From the NCBI RefSeq assembly GCF_009914755.1, contig NC_060929.1: DNA of 64,000 nt. One strand, given 5' to 3'. Below the pieces are notes generated by a model. That model worked only from the letters and a program-made list of their open reading frames with translations. It was not told the DNA's origin and made no database searches. A program made the translations under genes and the position numbers. The DNA comes from the human T2T-CHM13v2.0 reference genome, Homo sapiens. This document shows positions 44,511-59,629 of this stretch, one piece after another; the first letter of the stretch is position 1, and the number at the start of each line of letters is the position of its first letter.

Positions 44511-44977
44511 GTTTACATGATTAGGCTATGTAAAGCCTATTCACTCCTGAGGTATATAATTGACTATGATTGCTTTTTTCTTCTTAAATACTTTGCCATG
44601 TGTATTTTTGCTTAGTTTTCTATGTATTTCTCACCAATTCAACCCTAAATTCTCAGCCATTTGTCCAATCTTCTCTCACTATGTTCAAATGCGTTATGTA
44701 ATCCATCAATGCCATCTTCCTGGGAACATTTTCCACAGCCTGCTGGCCTCCTGGACTGTTTGGACAGGACTCTCTTTATGTCTGTTGCACCTTGGTGTGA
44801 GAACCCTTCACCATCATCAAGGATTCTCTTACCACTCTCTTAAGATGGATTCAATATTCTGGACCCTATATCTCCTGCCATCTTGGTATTTTCCCTTGTT
44901 TTTATGGAGCACTTTTTAAAGTAGATTCCTGAGAAACAGTGTATGTCTGAAAATGCCTGAAATGTACCCCCATATTT

Positions 44978-45576
44978 GATTTCTCAAAGAACTAAAAATA
45001 GAATTACCCTTTGATCCAGCAATCCACTACTGGGTGTCTCCCCAAAGGAAAAGAAATCATTTTTATCAAATGCACTTGTATGTTCATCACAGAGCTATTT
45101 ACAACAGCAAAGTCATGGATTCCACCTAAGTGCCCATCAAGAGATGACGACTGGATTTTAAAAATGTGATATCTATCTATCTATATATCTGTATCTGGAG
45201 ATAGATATATACATCATGGAACACTACTCAGCCAAAAAATAAAATAAAATTATGTCTTTTGCAGCAACATGGATAGAACTGGACATCATTGTTCTTAGTG
45301 AAATGACTCAGAAGCAGAAAGTTCAAAACCTCATGTTCTCACAAGTGGGAGCTAAACAATGGGTACACACAGACATACAGAATGAAATAACAGACACTGG
45401 AGACTCCAAAAGGTGGGAGGGTGAAAAGGAGGTGAGGGTTGAAATACTACCTATTGGGTACAATGTACATTATTCGAGTGATGGATATTCTAAAAGCCCA
45501 GACTTCACTACCAGGCAATATATCTATGTAACACAACTGCACGTGTCCCCCTAAACCCATATAAATAAGTAAATAA
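44978..45576 (+). mobile_element. L1 (L1MA/PB-like) 3' end, nested in an older reverse L1 remnant
   Basis: gatttctcaaagaactaaaaatagaattaccctttgatccagcaatcc...aagcccagacttcactacc. Confidence 0.85.
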
Positions 45577-46337
45577 TCCTCATATTTAATTAAGGGATAG
45601 GCTAGATATACAATTCCACATCAGAAATATAATTTTCCCTGAATAATTGCAAACATTGCTCCAATGCCTTAATGCTGACAAATTTTTTGTTGAGAAGTTC
45701 ATGACTATCTTCTGTATTTTCTTTCTGAAGGCTTTTGAAAAATTAAAAAATGCACCCCTAACATTCTGAAATTTCACAATGATGAGCCTCAGCACAGGTC
45801 TATTTTCATCCTCTGTGCCAGACATTTAGGGTATCTTTCAATCTGGAAGCTCATTTTTATTTCTGAGTCCCAGGTAGCTAATCTTAGCAGTCACTCAATA
45901 AATGATGATTGAATCAGACTAAACTGAATAAGAGTTCATATAAAGAAAATTCCCTCCTCCTGGGATGTCCTGCTTCTACAGAATCTTCATAAAGTGACAT
46001 TCTGCCCATCCACCAAGATCTGACCTATGCCCTCCTAGATTCCTCCAATCTTTCCTTGCAGCACTTAATTGCACCTACCATTTGCTCCTGTGATATCTGT
46101 TTAATTGCTTATACGAATTCTACGTAATCTTAGACTGTACACTCCTGGAGGGCAGACACCTAGTCTTACACATCTTTGTGTACTATCTACCACCTCCATA
46201 CTACTTCCAAGAATCTAACCCAGGGCTTAGCACTATGCAGTTCTTAATAAATGTCTGTTGAATGAATAAATAAATAAGTAAAGTAATACATAAAAGAAAT
46301 TAGAAAACTAGTGCCTTTCAGAAAAAATCCTGTCACA

Positions 46338-47962
<1,625 letters not shown>

Positions 47963-50900
47963 AGAAAAAATCCTGTCACAGAAATTCCGAGTAACCAAGG
48001 AATGACTTCAGCTAATGAACAAATATGATCCCTACAGTTAAAAAGAAAAAAAAAATCTGTTTATTTCAGTTAAGGAAGAAGGCATACACTAAAATGGACC
48101 TGCAAGGTGTGATGAAAAGTAAATCCTTGAGTCATGTTTCTGAGTCTCAAAACACAGCAGAAACAGCTACTCGAAAATGCCAATTGGATACTTGTTTTTC
48201 TGTTAATTTTCACCACTGTGTGTATAATGCATTGAGTTTTGAACTCTTTTGGCATTAACTTAGGCAGAGTTACTAATGTTATTTAAGGAAAGTGTATAAG
48301 CAATAAGATTTACAGTTGGTCTACAAAATTATTTTCCAGATTAGCTTTATTTTACCTATGTGTAGTGAAATGTAATATAATGCTTCTAGAGAAGACTGTA
48401 AGTATTGTAAACTGAATCTTAAGGCAATAAAATTTCTTTACGAAATCAAGAGTGGACTAATATAAAAAAGAAACATGCAGTCTTCAGTATATCACAATAA
48501 TGTGTCAATGTAGCTACAGGAAGTGTGTCAGGCATTACCATCGAGCACTGATAGAAGAGATCCAGTGTGGTTTTCCTATTGACCTATTGACTGTGACTGC
48601 TGTGCTCCTCTCAGTGGCAATGTTTAGCTCAGTCTGCATGTGATAATTGTTTCCAAAGCATGCATGGAATATGATTCGTTGACTTTTTCAGGTAACTAGA
48701 CTCAATAAAAAATGTTGATATATTGATCTAATCAGAATAAATGCTTTGGCATCAAGTAAAAATCTTAAATCTTAAAAGTAATTCTTCAATATACCAAACA
48801 TCCTTAAGACAAAGATAGACAAAGTAGCATATTTGTTACTCCATATTAAAGCTCTAGCCAGATTGGAAGAAAAAAAAAGAGAAAAATCTAGAAAATGATC
48901 TACATGCATCCAGACCAAAACAACAACAATACAAGCTGGCCTTGGTTGGTTCTACTGCGCAGAATTTTTGACCTTCAAGACCTGCATAATTTCCTCAAGA
49001 TTTCTTTCTAACTTATATCCGTAGATAAAAATTTTTTGTTTTGCCTAATTCTCCAAATATATCTTTTTTTTTCCAACTGTCATATAAGACGAGGTCTTAG
49101 AGCTATTGTAGCCTATCTATGTGTTGTTCTTAAAACTAGCTCCAAATTAATGAACCCTACTACGTGGTAGCCGTACAATCTATGTTACCTTATTAATCCT
49201 GATAACATTCCTTTGAAAGGTGTCATCAGACCCATACTACAGACAAGAAAACTGAAGCCAGAGATATCAAATAACCAGTCCAAGGTCTGAAATTAATGAA
49301 TTCCTAAGCCTATATTTGAACCTAGGTCCAAAGTCAATTCCCCTTTAAAATGCTACACTGCTACTTTTATGTTTTTATTAACACAAAAGAGGTGCTGGTA
49401 TTGACTGGCAACCGTCCCAGCCCTATGATTTTATTTTCCAGCAGTTCAGTCATCTCATGACACCCTAATATTTGTAATAAAAATAAACACTTTTGTGGCT
49501 GTCTGCTAGAGGCAGTGGTGCAGTCTTCGCCATACACATCAAGGCAATTGTTGAGTGTCTGTCCTATACCTGGCCCTGTGCTGAGTCTAGCGGGAGCTAC
49601 TCAACACTGGAAGACCCAGTTCCCTTCCTTGGTAAATTAAGCTGAACAGAGATTGTTTCGTTTGAAAATTCCTGTATTTCTCAAGTGTTTCACCAGTGGC
49701 AATTGGAATGATTTTAGGCGGCTCATTGATCTCTGAATTAAGTAATACTGAATCTCAAAGAGAGATGTATTCCCTTTTCTACCCTTCCAATAACCATCAA
49801 AGATAATGACTCAGTTCGGTGCTAATATGCTTTTAAAACTACTGCTAATCTCTTTTGCCAATAAAATGAAAGCAAGCATTTGGCTCAGAGCCTTTGGCAA
49901 GCAACAGAGAATTTATTTTATTGGCATTTCTATTTATGACAATTGATGCTAATTTTCTATTTGTGATAGTGTTAAAATTTTCCTTTCTAAATGAATTTAG
50001 CATAAAAAGTGAGTCAATTAAAATAAAGGTATTTTAAAAATAATAACGCAGGCATATGGCAATAATACATATTAAATAACACAAGGATATGGGAAGAAAG
50101 TTCACTCTGTAAGATAAACTGAAACACAACCCAAAGGGAGTAGGCAGGGTCTTAGGAAACCTAGCCTGCATCTCCTCTTGGGACTCGGCTCATCCCAGCT
50201 CAATTGTAGGGAAAAGCTGTCTCCAGCTTCTGTGAAGAAAGAAAAGTCAAAGATTCTTTTCAATAGAAGAGAAATTGTGCACTAAAAAATCATTCATGTA
50301 AGCTTGTTCTCAGTAATTAGATGCTATCATAAATAAGCAGAGTGACCAACAGGTGACTTTTATTTTGGGCAAACTCTAAATGTCTTCTGGAAACAAGAGT
50401 TGTTTATACAAGATACAGATAATAAACCTTGGCAACATGGTTCCAATAATTAAAAAGAGTTTCATTTGAAGAGTTCAGACCAGAATAAGCAGGAAATCCA
50501 TTTGCTACTTAGTTGCAACAGCTAAGGAGGGTCTTAGCTCCTGTTTAACCTTTCTCCTTTGGTGAGCATGTCTACAGCCTTTCTCCTCTCATGAGCATGT
50601 CAACAATCCCGAGCTCTGTCCACGCAGGACCTCAGTCCTGCCGTTCCCTCAGCTCCCAACCCTCTCCTTCCTGGCTTTTCGCATAGCTTAACCATTGCCT
50701 CCTCACAGAGGCCTCCGTTGAGCAACTTAATTCCATCTTCCCTCCATATTTTTTCTCTTTTGCTGCATACTGTTTTTCTTCGTAGTTTTTACCATAGCTT
50801 GGAATTATTTATGTGTTGATTTGTTCTTTTTTTCTGTCTCCTCTTGTATACCTTAAGGTCTCTGATGGCAAATGCTGCATCTATTTAGAGATGATCATAT

Positions 50901-51696
50901 CTCCAGCACCTGGCCCAGGAGGCCTTCAACATGTGTTGCTGAAACAGCAGACAACAAAAAGTTCCCTCTGGGTCCAAAACAGAAAATGAAAGTGAGGAAC
51001 AGGGCTGGGTATAACATGACAGAATAAACTTCCCCTCATTCTCGGTATTTGTAAGACAATAGGGAATAGAGGGGATATCTAATGACCGAAGGATGACCCG
51101 AGCCCCCTAAAGACAGTGGATGGAACTTAGCTCCATCTAATACTTGTGACAAAGAAAGAAGGAGCCAATAGGACCAGACGTTGATTTCTTCAAGAAAAGC
51201 TAGACATCTAAATGTTTATGTGAATTCTGCTTATTTTTAATGCTGGAAACTAAATCAAAGTGTTTAAAACTTTGTAGGGGCCAATAATTAGTGAGCTAAA
51301 CATACATATCTGAGCTTTCACATTGTGACGCATGCTATCATGAAAACCTCTATTCCCTTTGCAGGTTTTCCTAGAGGCAAAATCTCTTACATGTATACAG
51401 TTACAGTAATATATAACTACTCCTCAGCGCCCACTCCCACCGTTTGGAAATCTAGATGGTTTAACATTCAACTTGTCCAAGAACACAAGAATATCAAGAC
51501 TATTATTCTGAATTCTCTGACTAATCCATGTTGGTTTGATAATCTCCCTTTAATATGCCCAACATATTTCATTCATTAATTTACTTAAACAATTGAGTGC
51601 CTACCCTGTACCAGGCACTGGCATAAAATTGTAAGTGATGTGGACATATTCTTGGCCTCCTTGGGCTTCTGTCTCATGAGGGATCTAGAGAGGTAG

Positions 51697-52066
51697 TGAT
51701 ATAGTCTGGCTGTGTCCCCACCCAAATCTCATCTTGAATTGTAGTTCCCATAATCCCCACTTGTTGTGGGAGGGACCAGGTGGAGATAACTGAATCATGG
51801 GGGTAGTTCCCCCATCCTGTTCTCATGATAGTGAGTTCTCACGAGATCTGATGGCTTTATAAGGGGCTTTTGCCCCTTTTGCTTGGCATTTCTCCTTCCT
51901 ACCATTGTGTGAAGAAGTATGTGTTTGCTTCCCCTTCTGCCATGATTGTAAGTTTCCTGAGGCCTTCCAAACCCTGTGGAACTGTGAGTCAGTTAAATCT
52001 CTTTCCTTTATAAATTACCCAGTCTCGAGTATGTCTTTATTAGCAGCGTGAGAACAGACTAATGCT
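51697..52066 (+). mobile_element. THE1 (THE1C/D-like) MaLR solo LTR
   Basis: tgatatagtctggctgtgtccccacccaaatctcatcttgaattgtag...gagaacagactaat; 5-bp TSD ggtag on both sides. Confidence 0.93.
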
Positions 52067-52099
52067 GGTAGACAGCAGTTATATTGCTACCACCCAGAG

Positions 52100-52680
52100 G
52101 TTATTAGCATCCTCCCTGATTTCTCCTTCTCCATCATTCCTCACACCAAATCAATCCTCACATCTGACTAATTCTTAGATCTCTCAAAGCTCCCCATTCT
52201 TCTTTGCTTCAGACCCATTTCCATTGCTCTAGCCCAAGTCAACATCACTCTTATTTAAACTACCGAAACAACACTTTAAGTCACCTATCTCTCTTTCTAC
52301 CCTTTGGCCATCTGCCATGGTCTGCCCTCAACACAACAGTCAGCATAATCCTCTTTAAAAAGGAGCTAAATCATGCCATCCTTCTATTCAAAACTCTCCA
52401 ATAACTTTCCATGTCGCTCGGAATACAGCTCTTAGATTGACTAACGAGGCCCTGGATATGGCTACGTTCCCTCCTCGTCTCCTCCCATGTTCCACCTCAC
52501 CTATGTTGCTCCAGCCACCCTGGCTGCCTTCTCAAATGTACTAAACTCACTCCTACCTCAGTGCCTTCGCCCTTGCTCTTCTCTCTACCTGGCGTAGTCT
52601 TCTTCCCACCTGCACACTTTGCACAAGCAAATCTCTTGGCATTCTTGACTCTCTTTTCTCTTCCAATTTGAATTACATTT
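52100..52680. mobile_element. L2 3' remnant
   Basis: cttctattcaaaactctccaataacttcc-like and gctccagccaccctggctgccttc motifs. Other L2 ends near 26170-26550, 46040-46270 and 57050-57310. Confidence 0.65.
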
Positions 52681-53033
52681 TTTGAAGGAGTCTGGATGGT
52701 CTCTTATCTTCCTCAACCCAGAATGAACCGTCACTGTCCTCCACTTGGAAGCCACCACACCTAACAAAAGGATGGTGTGGGGACACATACCTGACCAAGG
52801 CCACATAGGAAGACAGCTGTCATTTTTCCCTATTAGGGGTTTATGACTCATTTGTGCAGCTTGTAATTGGGTTTTAAAACTTAACTCATTTCATTCTTTT
52901 TACATTCCTGATTTTGCTTTGGAAAATTAATGAAGGATGACGTATATTTACATAAAAGGAAATTGTCAGGATAAGTCTTGCTGCTGTCTGACTTCATGGG
53001 TTAACAGCTCGCCCAGTCTGTTTTCATATAGAG

Positions 53034-53355
53034 CAGAGATTGGGAAACTATGGCTCCAGGACCAAATCTGTCCAGTCACCTATTTTTGTATAGCCACAAA
53101 GCTAAGAATGGTTGTTACTTTTTAAAATAGTTGAAAAAAAATGAGACTAATAATAATATTTTGTAAGACAGAAAAAGTTAGAAAATTCAAATTTCAATGT
53201 TCATAATGAAATTTTATTGGAATGCAGCCACACTCATTTGTTTATATGTTGTCTATGGCTGCTTTTACACTATGCTGGCAGAGTCAAACAGTTGCAAAAG
53301 ATACCGTATGGCCTGCAAAGTCTAAAATACTTACTATCTGGCTCTTTACAGAAGC
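53034..53355. mobile_element. MER58B (hAT-Charlie)
   Basis: cagagattgggaaactatggc...aagctaagaatggtt...ggcctgcaaagtctaaaatacttactatctggctctttacagaa. Confidence 0.85.
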
Positions 53356-55315
53356 TTAGATCTAGAGAAGTCATTACTACACTTTGAGATTTCATGAATC
53401 CGTAAAATTTAAGGATGGAGGAGGAGGGTAAACACATAGTTGCCAACTTTCAGGTTTTTGCCAAGGAAAGACACAAACAAATCTTGCCATCTGTCATCAC
53501 CCACCACAATTTAATAAAAGAAAGAATAGCACAAAAAAAGTAAGAATGGATATAATTTCAGAAGAAAAGGGAATCTTACACAGTTAGAGGCTCAGGCCTT
53601 TAGCATTAATTCTAACTACTTTGAGTCCAGGGTCCAGTTTTCTCCATGTGTGGGAAATGGGCCTCATTGTGCAACCCTTTTAATCTTTAAAGTCCTTGAT
53701 TTAAACTTTTAAGGGATGTCATAAGAATTTTCAGAATTAATTCTTTTTTAGTATTATTAATTACTTCAATAAGCTGATAAGAGTCTAGGTTCCCCAACTT
53801 TCGCACATCATCTTTATCCAGCTCACACCCTCAGATCTCACCCTCCTAAAATTGCCCATAACGTGGGAGCGTATGACAGTTTTCGGCATTCAGCATATAT
53901 TGCTTTTAATTATTGATTACCTTTATTTATGCATTCTAGGCACCAAATTAGTTTTAACGTCCTTGAAGATGGTTTGAAGGTAGAGACTAAATGTGTAAAT
54001 TTTTCATGTTTTGGTACCTAATGTGATGCCAAGAATAAAGTGAGTGCTTCTATACTGTATACAGTTTGTCCCCAGATCGAGCAATATCCTGGCTCCCAAC
54101 ACTGTCCCTTCTGCTTAATCCATGGAAAATGCTAAGAGTGAGAAGTGAATAAAATCATCAGTTCTTTCTCCTTAACAGAAATAAATGTCTGCTTTCTAGG
54201 GCTGGTTAGGGTGCTCCCGTCTTGGCAATACGAACATGACAGAAGGCCTCCTTGTGTTAAGTAGATGACCACCCTTTTTATATCATTCATTTCTCTCATG
54301 GTCGTATATTGTAATGTAGATCTCAAACTCAGGAGCATTTTGCATGCCAACCATGTGGCACAAAGTTAGGTAAAGTCCCTGTCAAAATGGGGCACTGGAT
54401 GAATAAAGCCTGAGATCCTCCAGAAATAACATCAAGAGGAAAATTAATATAGTAGTTGAAATGTATAATTTGCTGACTTAGAAAAAAGTGGGCCATGATG
54501 GCTTTTAAAAAAATTAAGTATAGTAATTACAGGATTCAGCTGCTTAAGCTTTAATTCAACAGAGGACCAGAGAGCCCTCAGAACTCCCATGGAGTTTTCT
54601 CTCTTTCTCTCTGCTGGAGCTAACCCTGCAGAATAATTAAGAAATAATTTCTGAGTAGCCACACATGTAGGCAATCAGACCCAATATAGGAAACACCTGC
54701 TTTTACTTAATTCTGGACTGCTTACTAATAGAACATATTTGTCTTGGGACATTGTGTTTGCTTGTGTAATTATGCATAGCACATTTTCGGATTTTACTGC
54801 AGATTGGCTCTGAAATCAGTTCTGAGTGTGTCTAGGTAAGCAAGACACAAAAAGCCTCCCTCATCTTCTGTACAAACAGACGTAAGCAGAATAAGGCTCC
54901 ATCTTCCCTTCTGCCCATACCATACGGTACAAACAGGAAGCAGTCAGTGAACAGCTTTGGTCTTTCCAGGCTTAGCAACCAGTGTTCTTTAGTTAACAAT
55001 TCTAGACCCATCCAGCCAAAAGGGGTGGAAAATACACAGGTCAACAGCTAGACAAATAGCGCTGACAAGTAGCCCTGACGCCACTGAAGTAGAAGAGGCT
55101 TTGATCCAGTGGGATGATCCTCTTCAAGTGGTTGGAGTTTCAATGTCCTGCATATTAGCTGCACTTTGACAAGGGTTTTCATGACATAACCCAGAAAAAG
55201 ACTATTATGAGAGTCACAAAAGAATGAGAAGAGTCACTTGAGACCGTGGAGAACATGGACACAGAGAGAAGAATTGTAAGGAGAATATGATTAGAAAAGA
55301 AATAAAACTCAAATA

Positions 55316-55550
55316 CAGGGAGGGGAACATGACAACACTGGGGCCTGTCAGGTGGTTGGAGGGCAAAAGGGAGAGAGCATTAGGACAAATACCTAATGCA
55401 TGCGGGGCTTAAAACCTAGATGATGGGTTGATAGGTGCAGCAAACCACCATGCACATGTATACCTGTGTAACAAACCTGCACATTCTGCACATGTGTCCC
55501 AGAACTTAAAGTAAAATAAATAAATAAATTCTAAGTACAAAAAAAAAAAC
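55316..55550 (+). mobile_element. Short L1PA 3' end
   Basis: gcattaggacaaatacctaatgcatgcggggcttaaaacctagatg...cccagaacttaaagtaaaataa; TSD-like ctcaaata. Confidence 0.92.
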
Positions 55551-55834
55551 CAACCCTCAAATATAAAGAATCAGGTTAGAATTAAAAGTGACATTCGATA
55601 GCTCTGTTTGCATACTTAAATTGAAATAAGAACAGAGACAATGGAGTGGAAGAAATCATGCTTGCATAAAGTAGCTGCATATTTACAGTAAAAGTATTTT
55701 TAGGCTTCAATTATCTCACATTTTCCTCAATTTTATACTTGTTTGAGGTGGACAGAAATATGTGAACATATTAAACATAGTCATGATTTCTGTATAAACT
55801 GCAAGTCCATCGATAGACCACAAATTTTTTAGAT

Positions 55835-56530
55835 AATAGCTTTATTGAGGTATAAGTCACATACTATAAAATTCACCACTTTAAAGTGTATTATTTAGTC
55901 AGCTAGTTGCATTGTGTGACTACCACACACTACCTAATTTTGGAACATTCATCTCCCTCCCCCAAAACCCCATACCCATTAGCAAGCAATCACTCTCCAT
56001 TGCCTCCTCCTCCAGCTTCCGGCAATACTAGTCTGCTTTCTGTCTAGAGACACTGGAGATACTCCACACAAATGGAATCATACAATATATGGCATTTTAT
56101 GTCTAGCTTCTTTCACTTAATGCAATGCTTTCAAGATTCCTTCATGCTGTAGCATATTTCATTACTTCATCCCTTTTTATGACTGAATAATGTCCATTTT
56201 ATGGATATCTCACATATTGTTTACCCATTCATCAGCTGATGAACATTTGAATTGTTTCCACTTTTTGTCTATTACAAATAATGCTACTATGAACATGTGT
56301 AGACAAGTTTTTATCTGGACTTCTTTTTGGTTATCTTGGGTATATAACGGTAGAATTGTCGGATCATATAGCACCTCTATATTTAACTTTTTGAGGAATT
56401 TTCTAGAACTGTTTCCACAGCAGCTGCACCATTTTTCATTCGCATCAGGAAGGTAGGAAGGTTCTAATATCTCCACATCCTCACTGACACTGGTCATTGC
56501 CCATCTTTTTAATGATAGCCATCCTAGTGA
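55835..56530 (-). mobile_element. L1MB-like 3' fragment
   Basis: agctttattgaggtataa...aaatggaatcatacaatat...tagccatcctagtg. Confidence 0.85.
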
Positions 56531-57659
56531 AGTTTTTAGATTAGATAGAATGATTCTGAATGAAACCTCGAGAATGGCCTACCGAGGTAAAACATGCCTG
56601 GGTCTCTCATTTTGTTTTATCATCTGATCCGTGTTATTTGAGGGTTTTAGACTAAATTTACTAAATTAATAATATATTTTTTACCTTAACTTGAGGATAG
56701 TTTTCCCTTCTCAACCATTAGTCAGTGAATATCACAGGTCATGTTTTAATACTTATCATAGGCACAATACAAGCATGCTTTTATTTGAGAAGTCAGGTTT
56801 TGTGCTAAGTGCTGATGTACATCAAGTGATTAAGTCCCAGCTTGAAGTAGATCAGTGCTCCATTTGCCTGAGCATGACCAACGCTGACTGTAACTGCTCA
56901 CTAACCAAACAGAGCAGCTCAGGTGGACAGCACTAATAATAGCTGATTAAGCCTTTCCCCTATGGAAGTACAATGAAGCAGTATAGCATGGGGTCTTGAA
57001 AAGAGCCCTGGCCTAGGAATCAAGGAATCTGGATGCCAGTTCTGTGAATGAACTGTACCCATCCCTGTTCCCCAGCACGGACTCTTCCCAACCAGGTTAG
57101 ATATATCTGCTGTTTGCTTACCATAGTCTTCATTTACTTACCCTAACAGTGCAAATTTTTACATTATTGCTTTCTTAATTGATTGCTTTTGGCCCCTAGA
57201 TTCTAAGCTCCATGAGGTCTGGGAACCACTTGTGTTTTGTCTACTATCACTTCTTTGGCACTTTAGCCCAGCACTTGACATCAAGTAGCTAGTCATTAAA
57301 TATTGTGGAGATCTTGTATAAGCCACTAAACTACAATTTCCACTGAGTATTAGTACAACAGGTTATCATTTACTTAAATAGTACCTCTCCTCTACAAGTA
57401 AAGATTCTTATCTATAAAATGTAAAATAGGCATATTAGTAGTACATGCTTTCTTGGGTTGTTATAAGGACTTTATTAAATATAAATTAATACACTTAAAT
57501 TGACGGCATACAGTAAATAATCAATAAATATTCATCATCATTATTATTTTGACTCTCATTCCCAGGTATCCACTTCTCAATAAAAATTTAAAAGGGTTAA
57601 ATGAGAGTCTCCCTAACATGCCTTTCTGCACCGATATTCTGATACATTTGCTAGCAAGA

Positions 57660-58029
57660 TGATATGGTTTGGCTCTGTGTCCCCACTAAAATCTCATTTC
57701 GAATTGTAATCCCCATGTGTCAAGGGACAAACCTGGTGGGAGGTGATTGGATCATGGGGGCAGTTTCCTCCATGCTGTTATCATGATAGTGAGGGAGTTC
57801 TCACTACCTGATGGTTTTATAAGTGTTCGGCGGTTCCTCCATCCCTGTCTTTCTCTTCCCTGCTGTCTTGTGAAGAAGGTCCTTGCTTCTCCTTTGCCTT
57901 CCGTCATGATTGTAAGTTTCCTGAGGCTTCCCCAGCCATGTGAAACTGTGAGTCAATTAAACCTCTTTTGTTTATAAATTACCGAGTCTCAGATGTTTCT
58001 TTATAGCAGCATGAAAATGGACTGATACA
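57660..58029 (+). mobile_element. MSTA-like MaLR solo LTR
   Basis: tgatatggtttggctctgtgtcccc...gaaaatggactgataca (TG...CA ends). Confidence 0.92.
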
Positions 58030-59629
58030 CGTGATAACGTGTATCTAAGATATTTATTATCGTTTCATATCTGGGAAAGGTGGTAAGGTGTCCCAGGTAG
58101 ACATGTGTATACAGCAGCTTGACGACAATGTAAGTGTTGAATTTTATTCATGGAGACAAATTTACATTTGATGGCAGCTATTTTTCTTTAAATCATTTGT
58201 AATTTGAAACTCAGCTTCATTTCTCTCTTGTGTAATACATTGATGGTACACAGTGAATTAGGGCGGATTTGGAAAAGGTCCAGTAAATGTCAAGTGTTCT
58301 TTTCAGTGAAATCAAATCCTGTGTGTTGGTTGTTTTTTGATTTACAAAAGGACATTATCATGGAGCATTTCAAATTCTCAAAGTTAACTTTGAGAGCACA
58401 CAGCTTCTTGGGGAAACCACATTGCAGGGAAAACACAGGTCCTTCCTGGTTTTCCAACTATGCTCTGCAACTCTAAGCTTAATTTCCTGATCTTATCCAG
58501 GACATAAACACAATACTAATTCCTGCTCTTCTGAAAGTATTTTCTTAAAAATACTTAACCTCCATTTACAGGAAATGGCTGTTTCACAGATTCAGTCTAT
58601 TCTGACTGATATAAATTTGTGTTAAAGGACTATTTAAATGGCTTTGTCAGTCATATTTGGATTAGTGGGGTATAGAAGGTGGTACCCCAATTAAATCCCA
58701 CAGATCGATTTCACCCCCTTCCATCTGTCTCTGCTTCTGCTTCTTCTCTGCCTTCCCTACCCATAACTAAACTCTCCTTCTCTTCCCCTTTATCTTTCTT
58801 TCTTTCACCACCTCTGTTCATTTGACTTTCATTTTATCTTCATCTCTTATTCTTTTTATGAACCTCTTCCATCTTTAACTTCTCTATTTTGACGTGAAGA
58901 CACAGAAACAGATAAAGTGAGTCAGAAGTAAAAAGTAGAAGATGGAGAAGAAAATTTTGGAGGAGGATGAAGAAGCAAAGAAGATGATTATGATTGAGGG
59001 TGAAGTGAGGGAGAAAACAGGCTACCAAAATACTATGAGAAACATGTGTGATAGATTTTCTGGGAAGACTAGGTCTAAAGGTTTTGTTTTGTTTTGGTTT
59101 GGTTTTTGTTTAAGATACCCAGGCTAGATGTGAACACACTTTTACTGACATTGAGAAAAAAAAACTACAGAAAAGGTTCTGGTAAAAGAAACATGCTATC
59201 TAGCTTTTTAAAAAACTTATCTTCCTTTTGAAATAGATATTATAAACTGTTTTTCTATGTTATTTTTCTCTCACTATTACTCAGGAACTCCTTTGTTCAG
59301 TCAAAAATGACAGTATTTACTGTCTGTGACATATTGAAATGGGGCCTCATATAAAGGGTCATTATTTAATTGAATTCAAGGTCCAGGCCCAAGATACATA
59401 TACAAAAGATATTTAATAAAAGTCCTGGGTTTTACATAGTTCATTCTTATATGGTATTGCCAGTATACTAGAGATTTTTCTCAGCTAGTTCTACTCAGGT
59501 CAAGGAGCATTTAGCCAAAATACCACTGAGTAAATTGCATATTACATGGCTTTGAGCCATTTGCAGCCCAAACATTTAATACCCACAAATCAATCTTGGT
59601 TGAAATGACAGAAAGAGGGAATCATTTTT